From Bacillota bacterium (GTDB taxonomy: Bacteria; Bacillota; Sulfobacillia; Fermentithermobacillales; Fermentithermobacillaceae), in contig JAPXKJ010000003.1 of NCBI GenBank assembly GCA_033810155.1, positions 24,639 to 88,638 on the forward strand: a stretch of DNA of 64,000 nt, written 5' to 3'. The notes beneath the pieces were generated by a model. The model had not been told where the DNA came from, did no database searches, and saw nothing but the letters and a program-made list of their open reading frames with translations. The position numbers and the translations under genes were made by a program. Below, one piece after another: positions 8,906-18,560 of the stretch (positions within the stretch are counted from its first letter, which is position 1; each line of letters begins with the position of its first letter).

Positions 8906-10816
8906 CTATATGCCTTTGTCCGCATATTTCTTAAGTAGATCTGCCGGATACATATCCATAGCTATAAACCACTCTAACAGCTTCTGACTTCTCAAAGTCG
9001 GATCATCAGGAAGGGCGAGAGGACGTCCACGGCAGTCTATCACTACACCAACTACGCCACCGTTTACCTTGCTTTCAACAACACGCCCGTGCCCCTTACC
9101 TACATCAAACTGCCTTGTAGGATGAATAACCGCATCAACCGTGACGTTTTCTGGAATCTTTATGACTTTCATTGAACCGTAAGGAACAGATTCCTCGATA
9201 GTTTCACCATTATAGTCAATTGTTACTGTAACACATGGCTCCCCAAATTGTAGGTTGCCGCTAGGACCTATGGGAGCAATAGAGGTGCCTAGTTTCACCA
9301 GACAGTCCCTGTCGAAAACTTGCATCGCTGCTTTAGGATGAACGGAAGCAAGAATTCCTAGTTGCGGCATCATGAAAATGGAGTCAACTGCCAGCATGGT
9401 CTCAGCTTCTGGTTGGAACGCATCCAATAGCATCATTGCAGCTTGTGCACGCCTAGGTGCGTGAGAAAGCGTTCCTCCTGATCCAATCAACATGCCCAGA
9501 TCTGCCATGTCGATGTATGTGTCTCCTGAACCCGACTGCTCAAACGTATCGCCGATGGTCCTTTCCTTGTGAACACCCCTCAAGCCTACCGCAAGGCTCT
9601 TGTGGTGAACAAACGCAAGGCGAAGAGCCTCACGGGCAATTCCTTGCTCGAGTATGAGGTCGTCTAGAGTCTGTGGAATCGTAGTAGGACGGATCATTTT
9701 ATTCCTGATCCTATTTCTGAGATCTGCTTCATCGATGGAAAATGGGATCCATCTCGAAATATTAGCCATTCCGGCCTCAAGAAGCACGTTGCAAATCGAA
9801 TAACTCATCCCTAAGTTTGCCGATACGGTTCTATTGAAGAAATCTCCAAACACTGAAAACACGTCAGTAGTAGCTCCTCCGATATCGACGCCTATGACGC
9901 TCATGTCATACTCTTTGGCTGCTGTTTGCATGCAGTTACCCACAGCACCAGGAGTTGGCATTATAGGAACAGCTGTCCAGTTCATAAGCTTATTATATCC
10001 AGGTGCCTGTGCCATAACGTGTTCCATGAAAAGATTGTGGATAGCTTCCCTGGCAGGCCCAAGGACCTCTCTTTCCAAAACAGGTCTTAGGTTATCTACT
10101 ACCCTGAGATCTGTTTTTTCGCTAAGGATCTCTTCAATATGCTTTCTGGCATGTTTATTCCCGGCATAGATTATCGGTAACTTATACCCTATCCCAAGCC
10201 GTGGCTTGGGTTCGGCAGCAGAAATAAGCTCTGCAATCTCAACAACGTGTGTTATTGTACCTCCGTCGATCCCTCCGGAAAGAAGGATCATATCCGGTCT
10301 CAGATGCCGGATTCTTTGGATTTTCTCGTGAGGTTTTCTTCCATCGTCGACTGAAATAACATCCATTACTATTGCGCCTGCTCCAAGCGCGGCTCTCGCT
10401 GCCGATTCTGCGGTCATAGTCTTGACAACGCCAGCTACCATCATCTGCAATCCTCCGCCTGCAGAAGACGTTGACATGAAGATGTCGGCACCTGACCCAT
10501 CTGGTTGCCTAGGAGTAATAACTCCTGTGTCACTCAAAAAACGCCTGCCCGTGAGTTCCTCGATCTCTCTGATGGCGTTTCTCGCACCCATTGTAACATC
10601 TTCAAAAGGTGCCTCTACTGTGGTCGGTGCCTCTCCCCTTACAATAAGGCGATACTCGTCTTCAACCTTCTCGATGAGGATAGCTTTTGTTGTAGTCGAA
10701 CCGCAGTCGGTGGCCAGAACAGTATTGATCTCTGTATCTGGCGTGAACGCAGTTTTTTCTTCCTGCACGAACTCTTCCCCTCCCTCGCTGCCACATGTAG
10801 CGTAAATACCTAACAT
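8906..10816 (-). CDS. ASKHA-fold ATPase, GlmL/MutL-like (glutamate-mutase E2-type family) with a ~170-aa C-terminal extension, copy 1
   Basis: 636 aa. Phosphate-1 motif LATDCGSTTTKAILIE, phosphate-2 VGVDIGGATTDVFS and adenosine motif LIGSGGTLSHAP. The N-terminal DxGST.TK resembles the GlmL family. Confidence 0.65.
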   Translation of the reverse strand: MLGIYATCGSEGGEEFVQEEKTAFTPDTEINTVLATDCGSTTTKAILIEKVEDEYRLIVRGEAPTTVEAPFEDVTMGARNAIREIEELTGRRFLSDTGVITPRQPDGSGADIFMSTSSAGGGLQMMVAGVVKTMTAESAARAALGAGAIVMDVISVDDGRKPHEKIQRIRHLRPDMILLSGGIDGGTITHVVEIAELISAAEPKPRLGIGYKLPIIYAGNKHARKHIEEILSEKTDLRVVDNLRPVLEREVLGPAREAIHNLFMEHVMAQAPGYNKLMNWTAVPIMPTPGAVGNCMQTAAKEYDMSVIGVDIGGATTDVFSVFGDFFNRTVSANLGMSYSICNVLLEAGMANISRWIPFSIDEADLRNRIRNKMIRPTTIPQTLDDLILEQGIAREALRLAFVHHKSLAVGLRGVHKERTIGDTFEQSGSGDTYIDMADLGMLIGSGGTLSHAPRRAQAAMMLLDAFQPEAETMLAVDSIFMMPQLGILASVHPKAAMQVFDRDCLVKLGTSIAPIGPSGNLQFGEPCVTVTIDYNGETIEESVPYGSMKVIKIPENVTVDAVIHPTRQFDVGKGHGRVVESKVNGGVVGVVIDCRGRPLALPDDPTLRSQKLLEWFIAMDMYPADLLKKYADKGI

Positions 10817-10858
10817 ATAAACTACGACATCTGGTCTTTAAATCCTCTTAGTCTTCGA

Positions 10859-11281
10859 CTAATTTTCAATTGTTTCCTCTGGTTTGGATCCGCTACTCTT
10901 ATTGCTATCCATATTCAAGGCTTCATCTATCATGGAACCCTTCTTAGCTCTCCTTAATTGCTTTGATTTCTTCTTGCTTTCCTTTTCCGCTTTGCGTTCA
11001 GCTTCTTCCTCCATGGCTGCAAGTTCAAGGCGCTGAATCAAGAGTTCTACATTATCTCGCTGATCGAAAAAGTAGGCATAGTCTTCGAAAGTCTCAAAAA
11101 ACACGCCAACGATAGGCGCAAAAAAGTGCATGGCCTGTCCTCCAAAATAACTGAGGGGCTTGTTCATCTCGAGAAAGAAGATCGCAGGAACTGTCATTCC
11201 GAACTGCACAATCCGAGCCGCTATAGCTTCTATGATCTCATCCCGTCTAGCTTCGTCAATTGGCTCATGAAATTTCAGCAT
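10859..11281 (-). CDS. small hypothetical protein with a hydrophobic core and a Lys/Glu-rich tail
   Basis: 140-aa ORF between the two module copies. FFAPIVGVFF hydrophobic stretch, then EEEAERKAEKESKKKSKQLRRAKK. Confidence 0.5.
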   Translation of the reverse strand: MLKFHEPIDEARRDEIIEAIAARIVQFGMTVPAIFFLEMNKPLSYFGGQAMHFFAPIVGVFFETFEDYAYFFDQRDNVELLIQRLELAAMEEEAERKAEKESKKKSKQLRRAKKGSMIDEALNMDSNKSSGSKPEETIEN

Positions 11282-11419
11282 CTATGACACCTCCTCCTGG
11301 TTCCGGATAGCTTGTAACCCTCATATTGTACATCACTTTTGGCAAGTTGGCTAATCCAATGTGGCACCGCAATATAGTTGGGAGCTGGCCTAACAAGTAG
11401 GACTCTTTTTTGCGCCATC

Positions 11420-12778
11420 TTACAACATCTCTACATTTGCCCTTGGCACCACAACTTGTTCACCATTTGCAAGTAGTACTTTGACAACTGGCACTTTTGC
11501 TTCGGTCTCTATCATCACAGGCTCTTTTGTGATTTCAGCAATAGTCCCTACCGCACCAAAGTAAGGTTCGTTTACGATCCGTATTTGTGCACCTTGCCTC
11601 AGATCAATATCATACCGCACCGGCTTAGCTAATTCGCCTTCATAACCAAAGAACGAAACGATTATCTCGGGTCTTATGGCTCCCGCTCTGATCTGAGTTG
11701 CACCATTCATAGACGCCGTCATTCCCTCAAGAGCCGCTAGGGTTTCCCATACTTCCCTTCTCATGTCTAGATGCCCGAAGCCTTCCATGAGAATTACGGT
11801 TAGAGGTATATCTTCTTGGCCCGTGATGCCTATTCCGAGTTTTACGCCCAACGACTGAGTGAGATTGAAGTAGTTCGCCGTGCCTGTTACAACTCCTTTG
11901 GCTCCAACCTCTATAGCTTTTGAAAAAGCGTCATTCGTGGCAAAAGAGCCACCGATGATTATCTTGCCTTTGCAGTCATCGGTTATCATGTCAGCTTCTA
12001 GAACTTGGTCCGGTCCATTTGCAAGGACCATGATCTCACCATGAGTCTCACGACCAAGGCCAAAAATACCGTTAAGTTTGATCCCCGGGGTCTCAATGAC
12101 ACATCCACGCGTTTCCATTACTTCTGAAACACGTCCCTCTACATAAGCGTTGACTATGACTTCTCTGAAGGGACGCGAAATGGTGACTTTCCCGGTTTTG
12201 GTATCGATATCAGATATTATTCCGGATACAGGCGCAAGCGCTGTCTTCGTAAAGAAAGCCTGAGCCTCGCCCTTTTTTGCGATCATCTGACCTTTCTTTA
12301 CCTCTTGTCCCACTGTCCTCAGCATGTGTTGCGGTAATTCCTCGGGCTTACACTTTATCTCAAAGGCGACATCGAAGGTGACAGGAGGCTCCTCTTTGCC
12401 AAATTCCTCGCGTATAGTTACCCTTCCAGACCGGTCGGATATCGACTCTATAACGCCATCTGTAGGAGATTCCAGTTCTTTCCTACCATATAGCCCCTGC
12501 TCCGCCCTGGCAAAGACTTCTTTCGTCTTGACCGAATCGCCTATTCCTTTCAACATACTTTTGGAAAGCTGAGCCGGTTCGACTCCCAACAATCTAGCGG
12601 CAGGTATGACCCAGGGAATCCCAGGCTTCATAGCTATTTTGGCTACCGGTGTATCAGGTTTTACTATATCCCCCACTTCAACAAGCACTTCTCCTGGGAG
12701 AGGCAGCTTGCGAGTTTTTCTCACAAGTGCAATCTGGCTTTTAACATTAGTCGGCAAATCTGCTAAAAAGTCCGCCAC
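11420..12778 (-). CDS. uncharacterised partner protein of the ASKHA ATPase, copy 2
   Basis: Paralog of 7764..8888. Start reassigned to GTG at 12778 (AAGGAGGG 7 nt upstream), which aligns with the copy-1 N-terminus. The track's longer ORF to 12847 adds a basic N-terminal tail and a 100-nt overlap. Confidence 0.6.
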   Translation of the reverse strand: MADFLADLPTNVKSQIALVRKTRKLPLPGEVLVEVGDIVKPDTPVAKIAMKPGIPWVIPAARLLGVEPAQLSKSMLKGIGDSVKTKEVFARAEQGLYGRKELESPTDGVIESISDRSGRVTIREEFGKEEPPVTFDVAFEIKCKPEELPQHMLRTVGQEVKKGQMIAKKGEAQAFFTKTALAPVSGIISDIDTKTGKVTISRPFREVIVNAYVEGRVSEVMETRGCVIETPGIKLNGIFGLGRETHGEIMVLANGPDQVLEADMITDDCKGKIIIGGSFATNDAFSKAIEVGAKGVVTGTANYFNLTQSLGVKLGIGITGQEDIPLTVILMEGFGHLDMRREVWETLAALEGMTASMNGATQIRAGAIRPEIIVSFFGYEGELAKPVRYDIDLRQGAQIRIVNEPYFGAVGTIAEITKEPVMIETEAKVPVVKVLLANGEQVVVPRANVEML

Positions 12779-14678
12779 GCTTCTTCCCTCCTTTTCCACC
12801 TTCCGACCTCTTCGCCGGGTACTTTTCTTGCAGCTCACGAATTTCATCCATTGGGTACGCGTTCATACCTTGAATCCAAGATGTGAGCAAATTGATTCGT
12901 TCCACGTTATCTTCGGGCAACTCCAGAGGGCGTCCTCTACCATCTAGGATGACACCGACCAAACCGCCGTGGATCTCTTTCTCCAACGCCTTACCTTTTC
13001 CATCACCTACATCTATGTTCCCACCGTGAGGTTGTATCCTACAGACGGCAGTTTCGCCAACCCCTAACGGTATAACCTGGAGTTCTCCTCCTGTAACCTT
13101 GTGCTCTACTACAGTACCATCTTCCATGGTCATCTTAACCGTAGCTGCCACCTGGCCACGTTTGAACGATCCAACCGGGGCTATTACGGTCCCTAGTCTT
13201 ACAAGACAGTCTTTCTCGAAAACCTCGGCAGATACCTCAGGGTATACCGACGAAAGAACACCAAGATGAGGCATCATGAATATCGAGTCCACAGCTAGAT
13301 AGGTTACCCCTGAAGGCTCAAAAGCATCGATGAGCATCAAAGCAGCCTGTTGTCGTCTCGGAGCATGCGAAAGAGCTCCGCCTGAACCAACTAGCATATC
13401 AAGATGGAGCATGTCTATTATGTCGCGTCCGGTAGCCGATGCTACTTTGCCTCGACCCGTAACCTGAAGTCCCACCTCTTCTTTTTCTACCTTCTTGGCA
13501 AGACTCTTGTGGTGTTCAAAACTAAGGCGAAGCGCTTCCCTGGCAATAGCCTGTTCAACTATTAGGTGGTACATTGTTTGTGGAATTGTAGTAGGTCTTA
13601 TCATCTTATTTGCAACCCAGTCCGAGATGCGAGACTGGTCGACCTCGAAAGGTACCCATCGCAGAATGTTATCGAATCCTGCTTCTTCCAAAACGTTGCA
13701 AATAGAGTAGCTCATACCTAGGTTCGCAGATACCGTCCTGGTGAAAGTGTCCTCGAAGTGTGAAAACACGTCAGTAGTAGCGCCGCCAATGTCTACACCT
13801 ATGATATTCTCATTATTCCTTTCTGCAAGGAGCATAATAAGTTTACCCACTGCACCAGGAGTGGGCATAATCGTCGTATCAACCCATTCCATGAGAGTCC
13901 CGTACCCTGGAGCTTGAGCCATGACGTGATTCATGAAAATCTCATGAATTGCTTCCCTGGCAGGTCCCAAGTTTTCAATATCGTGCCGGGGCCTCAAATT
14001 GTCGACTATGTTCACGTCCATGTCCGCCCCGCATATTTCCATAACAAGGTCTTGGGCGTCTTTATTGCCTGCGTATATTAGTGGCAGTTTGTACGTCGCC
14101 CCAAACCTCGGCTGCGGGTTCGCTTGTTTTATAATCTCGGCAATTGACGCTATATAAGCAACTGAGCCGCCATCTACACCACCTGACATGAGGATAATGT
14201 CAGGCCGCAATTCTGTAATCCTGGTGATCTGCTCCGATTGTGATCTACCGTCATCTACCGAGATTACATCCAACACAACCGCACCTGCACCTAAGGCAGC
14301 ACGGTGAGCTGAACTGGCACTTATTGTCTTTACTAATCCTGCAACCATCATCTGCAATCCTCCACCCGCAGATGATGTCGAAACGTAGATATCTACCCCC
14401 TTGTCACCTTCCTTGGGCCGAATCAAATTGCCTGACTCATCTAGAATTGGCCTATCAATAAGCTCCTCGATGCGCCGAATTGATTTCTTGACCCCAATCA
14501 TGACATCTTCCCATGGTTCCTCAACTGTGGTCGGCATTTCTCCACGAGTTACCAATCGATATTCGTCGCCACGTTTCTCGATAAGTATGGCTTTAGTAGT
14601 GGTCGACCCAACGTCGGTGGCAAGGATAGACTCTACCGGTTTGTTATCAAGGCCTTCCTTTCGCTGGATTTCTTCCAT
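12747..14678 (-). CDS. ASKHA-fold ATPase, GlmL/MutL-like, copy 2
   Basis: 643-aa paralog of 8906..10816 with ILATDVGSTTTKAILIE, GVDIGGATTDVFS and LVGSGGALSHAP. Confidence 0.65.
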   Translation of the reverse strand: MEEIQRKEGLDNKPVESILATDVGSTTTKAILIEKRGDEYRLVTRGEMPTTVEEPWEDVMIGVKKSIRRIEELIDRPILDESGNLIRPKEGDKGVDIYVSTSSAGGGLQMMVAGLVKTISASSAHRAALGAGAVVLDVISVDDGRSQSEQITRITELRPDIILMSGGVDGGSVAYIASIAEIIKQANPQPRFGATYKLPLIYAGNKDAQDLVMEICGADMDVNIVDNLRPRHDIENLGPAREAIHEIFMNHVMAQAPGYGTLMEWVDTTIMPTPGAVGKLIMLLAERNNENIIGVDIGGATTDVFSHFEDTFTRTVSANLGMSYSICNVLEEAGFDNILRWVPFEVDQSRISDWVANKMIRPTTIPQTMYHLIVEQAIAREALRLSFEHHKSLAKKVEKEEVGLQVTGRGKVASATGRDIIDMLHLDMLVGSGGALSHAPRRQQAALMLIDAFEPSGVTYLAVDSIFMMPHLGVLSSVYPEVSAEVFEKDCLVRLGTVIAPVGSFKRGQVAATVKMTMEDGTVVEHKVTGGELQVIPLGVGETAVCRIQPHGGNIDVGDGKGKALEKEIHGGLVGVILDGRGRPLELPEDNVERINLLTSWIQGMNAYPMDEIRELQEKYPAKRSEGGKGGKKRGGLFSRFAD

Positions 14679-14774
14679 CCGATTCCCTCCTCAAAGTCCT
14701 TTGTTCATCCAACAGACAATCTAGACTGGCGCATTCTCTATTGCGCCATAATTCTACTTTCACATTTGCACACA

Positions 14775-15617
14775 TCATTCTTTGGGTTTGATGTTGCGAA
14801 TTCGCTCAATTGCGGCCCGGATCCCTCCTCTTTCCTTCTTCTCTTTTTTGACAAGTTCGTCTTTCTCACTAAACGCCTGTTCAGGCATGGTGAGTTTCGA
14901 GGAAACTATTTCGAGCACCGTGTCTTTGTTTGAACCATCGGGGTAGTAATAGAGAAACATGCCCTGCTTCATTCGTCCCCTCACCGTCCGCGTATCGTGT
15001 GAAAGGAGCACACCGTCGTGGAATTGATAGTAAGTCAAGAACTTATCCCAAGAACGGATATCCCTTGCCAAAAAGGTCCTATACCCAACCGTTTGCTCTG
15101 TAATCACATATTTTACTGGGAACAAGTAAACGGCCAACCTGTTCAAAAGTATAAGTGTCATCACAGCCACGAAGAAAAACTGCGGAAACGCCCAGTAAGC
15201 AAGCCCTATACAACCTGCTACAGATGCTACCACTAGGGTGGAGACGCCCGGACGAAGCGGAAGGAGCCAAACCTTCCACGAGTATAATTCGACATCCTCT
15301 TTTTCTTGTTCGGCTGCTTGGGGGATGCTCTCTCCGGTAATCCCCTTACCTGCGTTGTTCTCAGATTCGCTTCTCGCTTCAGCATCGCCTTTTTTGGGCA
15401 GCGGACCTCTGAGATATGAAGGTCTGCTTGCATCAGGAGTCTGCTTGTCAGTGCCCTTCGACTCATCTTTTGCTTCCGTCATTGTAACCTCCCCAATGAA
15501 CACGTTTGTTGCCACTTGTATCATATGCCCTGGGCATTTCCTACCTGATTCTACGATCCTCGGGAATATCCTGCAACTTGATGATTGCGGTCCGCACAAT
15601 AGCCCAACCATGCTCAA
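14775..15617 (-). CDS. hypothetical membrane protein
   Basis: Two hydrophobic segments (WKVWLLPLRPGVSTLVVASVAGCIGLAYWAF, FFVAVMTLILLNRLAVYLF). ATGA start/stop overlap with the upstream DmpA-like gene. Confidence 0.5.
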   Translation of the reverse strand: MSMVGLLCGPQSSSCRIFPRIVESGRKCPGHMIQVATNVFIGEVTMTEAKDESKGTDKQTPDASRPSYLRGPLPKKGDAEARSESENNAGKGITGESIPQAAEQEKEDVELYSWKVWLLPLRPGVSTLVVASVAGCIGLAYWAFPQFFFVAVMTLILLNRLAVYLFPVKYVITEQTVGYRTFLARDIRSWDKFLTYYQFHDGVLLSHDTRTVRGRMKQGMFLYYYPDGSNKDTVLEIVSSKLTMPEQAFSEKDELVKKEKKERGGIRAAIERIRNIKPKE

Positions 15618-16750
15618 TCGATAACCTGATGCCTTGCCAAGATCTCGAGCACTGTGTCAATAGGTAGACCGAATCTTGTATGCCCATCGCGCCCTACCAT
15701 AGTCTCCGCCATGAACAATGAGTTTAGCACACTCTCTTCAACCGCCTCTACGCAGGCTCTGAACAACAGGCCTAAGTATGGAGAATCATCGCTTATGTAC
15801 CTCTGCTCAGATAATTCTGGGGTATCAGAATCTGACACCTTATTAGCTGTTGAGAAGGCCAATGCAAAATCGCCACTACCATGGGAGAACACAGACCCAG
15901 TGCGAGCTAAGCCACCCTGACAGCGCCGGGCGACCCGCAACAGCTGCCTGTCTGATAAGGGGGCATCTGTTCCCACAATAATTATGATCGAACCTGGAGG
16001 CGTCTGAGATTGCGCTCCAATGGACCTCTTGAGTTCTATTCCTACGGGGATCCCGCAAATCAGCAGATCTTCAAGTCTGCCAAAGTTAGACATCACCAGA
16101 ACACCCAATGTCCATCGTTCATCCATCTCCAATACTCTCGAAGAGGTACCAATCCCCCCCTTGAATCCTAGACACGACATACCGGTCCCTCCGCCGACGT
16201 TGCCTTCATCTACAGGACCATCTGTAGCATGGTAAAGTGCAGAAAAGACGTGTTCCTTCTTTACGTGTCTCCCTCTTATGTCGTTGAGATATCCATCATT
16301 ACATTCCAATACGCATGGATTAACCGTTCCCGCAGATACACCTATCTCCGGGTTACCTTCCAACATGTACTCACAAAGGCTATCCCAAGCCAAACCTACG
16401 CTAAGGGTGTTTGTAAGAATAATAGGTGTTTCTATGGTGCCGAGTTCCTGTATCTGTGCAATGCCTGTAGCCTTACCAAAACCGTTGATTACGTGTATGG
16501 CACCTCTCACTTTGTCTTTAAACAAATTGCCTCCGTGAGGCAAGACCGCAGTAACTCCCGTTCGAACTGGGCCCTTTCCCGGGTCAAGTGGGCCTTCACC
16601 TTCAACTATCGTGCAATGACCTACAAGAACTCCCGGAACATCTGTTATAGAATTCAAAGGACCAGTTGGCAAAACCCCTGTTGATAACTTGCATTCTCGA
16701 AACCTGCGTCGAGAGTACTCGGTAGACCCTACTGAAATGTCATGTCTCAT
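15614..16750 (-). CDS. DmpA/OAT-fold L-aminopeptidase / D-Ala-esterase-amidase (peptidase S58 family)
   Basis: 378 aa with PGVLVGHCT, GTGMS and GSGDFALAFST motifs characteristic of the DmpA family. Confidence 0.7.
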   Translation of the reverse strand: MRHDISVGSTEYSRRRFRECKLSTGVLPTGPLNSITDVPGVLVGHCTIVEGEGPLDPGKGPVRTGVTAVLPHGGNLFKDKVRGAIHVINGFGKATGIAQIQELGTIETPIILTNTLSVGLAWDSLCEYMLEGNPEIGVSAGTVNPCVLECNDGYLNDIRGRHVKKEHVFSALYHATDGPVDEGNVGGGTGMSCLGFKGGIGTSSRVLEMDERWTLGVLVMSNFGRLEDLLICGIPVGIELKRSIGAQSQTPPGSIIIIVGTDAPLSDRQLLRVARRCQGGLARTGSVFSHGSGDFALAFSTANKVSDSDTPELSEQRYISDDSPYLGLLFRACVEAVEESVLNSLFMAETMVGRDGHTRFGLPIDTVLEILARHQVID

Positions 16751-16771
16751 TACTAGCTAATAACCTCCAAA

Positions 16772-17479
16772 TCAACGACTAAACTCTTTTGCAGCTTCGA
16801 CAAATGCCTTAAACGGTTTGATAAACAAAGGATTATGTCTCCACATTCCTTCTGGATGCCACTGAATAAGCAGTACAAATCCTTGTCTAGCTTCCACCAC
16901 TTCTACCACCCCATCAAGGGCTCTACCCGACACGGTCAAACCATCTCCCGGATCCCTAACCGACTGATGGTGATACGAATTAACGACCAGACGGCGGGTT
17001 TCAAAAATGTCTGCCGCCATGGAACCTTCCTCTAGAATTACCTCGTGCGTCCCGTACCATCTCGGGGCATCTTGATTGTGTTTCATTGCTCCCCCAACCT
17101 GGGACGGTATATCCTGCACCAGCGAACCGCCTGCAGCTACGTTAACTACCTGGCATCCTCTGCAAATGCCCAGAATGGGCACCCTGCGTTCAAGAGCCAG
17201 TCTAGCAACGTTAAACTCTAGTTCGTCGAGCCTAGGGTTTATGGAACCAAGTTTCTGATGCGGACGTTCCATATACCTTTGAGGATCTATATCGGCGCCT
17301 CCCGGAAATACTACTCCATCTACCCTCGACACAAGCTCCTCAGCTTCCGATTTGCCTACCATCGGAATCAAAAGAGGTATGCCACCTCCTTCTAGCACTG
17401 CATCAACATAGGTATACTGCAATACCGAAGCCTGTCTTTCTTCATTCCAGCTAGCCGTTATACCAATAATTGGTTTCAA
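16772..17479 (-). CDS. class I glutamine-amidotransferase-like peptidase C26 (gamma-glutamyl-GABA hydrolase PuuD family)
   Basis: GICRGCQ catalytic Cys and a WHPE-type His motif. Confidence 0.75.
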   Translation of the reverse strand: MKPIIGITASWNEERQASVLQYTYVDAVLEGGGIPLLIPMVGKSEAEELVSRVDGVVFPGGADIDPQRYMERPHQKLGSINPRLDELEFNVARLALERRVPILGICRGCQVVNVAAGGSLVQDIPSQVGGAMKHNQDAPRWYGTHEVILEEGSMAADIFETRRLVVNSYHHQSVRDPGDGLTVSGRALDGVVEVVEARQGFVLLIQWHPEGMWRHNPLFIKPFKAFVEAAKEFSR

Positions 17480-17480
17480 C

Positions 17481-18560
17481 TTAAATCCCTTCTTTCAAGA
17501 AAGCATCTACATACGCGAAATTCGCGGGCGCTCCTCCTGTATGGAGAAAAACTATCGCCTCATCTTTATCATATAATCTGTTTCGCACATCGCCTATCAG
17601 ACATGCAAGCGCCTTACCTGTGTAAACCGGGTCGGTGATTATCCCCTCGCTTCGCGCAAGAGTAAGTATGGCTTCTATGCCTTCAGGAGTTGGCACGGCA
17701 TATCCAGGACCAACATAGTCCTCTGTAATGCTTATGTTGGATTTCACATCGTCCTTGGTGATATTAAGAATTCGATCCTTTATTTCACGAAGGTCACACG
17801 AGCCACCCTCCGTTTCGGTCTCGGTATCTAGGCACTCTAACTTTTCTTTTATTAGTCCAATAGCTTCCATTACCAGTTCTAAGACTCTAGCTTCTTTCTT
17901 AGCGGCGCCAGGGCTTACCGCAACTCCCTTAATGGAAAAAGAAAGTTGGTATATGAGTTTGCCAAGCAATAGACCTGCCAAAGTCCCTGACGAACCGGTC
18001 GCAACATACACAGCGCTAGGGGAGACTCCCGCGTCCACAAAATCACGCGCAAGTTCTGCAGCACAACCTATGTAACCTAGAGTTCCTATGCAGTTAGAGC
18101 CGCCTACCGGAATAACATAGGGGTTTTTGCCCTCCCGTTCTAAATCTGCCGCTGTTTCTTCTATTACATCTTCAGAGAGTCTTTGCCCGGTAAAAACTAG
18201 CCGCGCTCCCAAGATATGATCTAACAGTAAGTTCCCCTGCCTAGTACCGGGATCATCACCGTCTAGAACAAGAACCGGCTGCATACCAAGTTTCACAGAA
18301 GCAGCTGCCGTCATCCTAGCATGGTTCGACTGGGGCCCTCCTGATGTAATCACTGTGTCGCATTGTTTCGCAAGCGCGTCTCCAAGAAGAAACTCCAGTT
18401 TCCTTGCCTTGTTTCCGCCTAGAGCAAGCGCAGTAGCGTCATCTCGTTTGATGAATATCTGTGGTCCTCCTAATACCTGGCTGAACCGTGGAGTTCCTTC
18501 AAAAGGAGTGGGCAAATTGGCAAGATGCACCCTTGAGAATCCCAAAGTATTTTTTTGCAT
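17481..18560 (-). CDS. PLP-dependent ACC deaminase / D-cysteine desulfhydrase family enzyme
   Basis: GGNKARKLEFLLGDA signature holding the PLP lysine. The start was moved to ATG at 18560 (GAAGGGGG 8 nt upstream); the track ORF begins at an upstream TTG. Confidence 0.75.
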   Translation of the reverse strand: MQKNTLGFSRVHLANLPTPFEGTPRFSQVLGGPQIFIKRDDATALALGGNKARKLEFLLGDALAKQCDTVITSGGPQSNHARMTAAASVKLGMQPVLVLDGDDPGTRQGNLLLDHILGARLVFTGQRLSEDVIEETAADLEREGKNPYVIPVGGSNCIGTLGYIGCAAELARDFVDAGVSPSAVYVATGSSGTLAGLLLGKLIYQLSFSIKGVAVSPGAAKKEARVLELVMEAIGLIKEKLECLDTETETEGGSCDLREIKDRILNITKDDVKSNISITEDYVGPGYAVPTPEGIEAILTLARSEGIITDPVYTGKALACLIGDVRNRLYDKDEAIVFLHTGGAPANFAYVDAFLKEGI

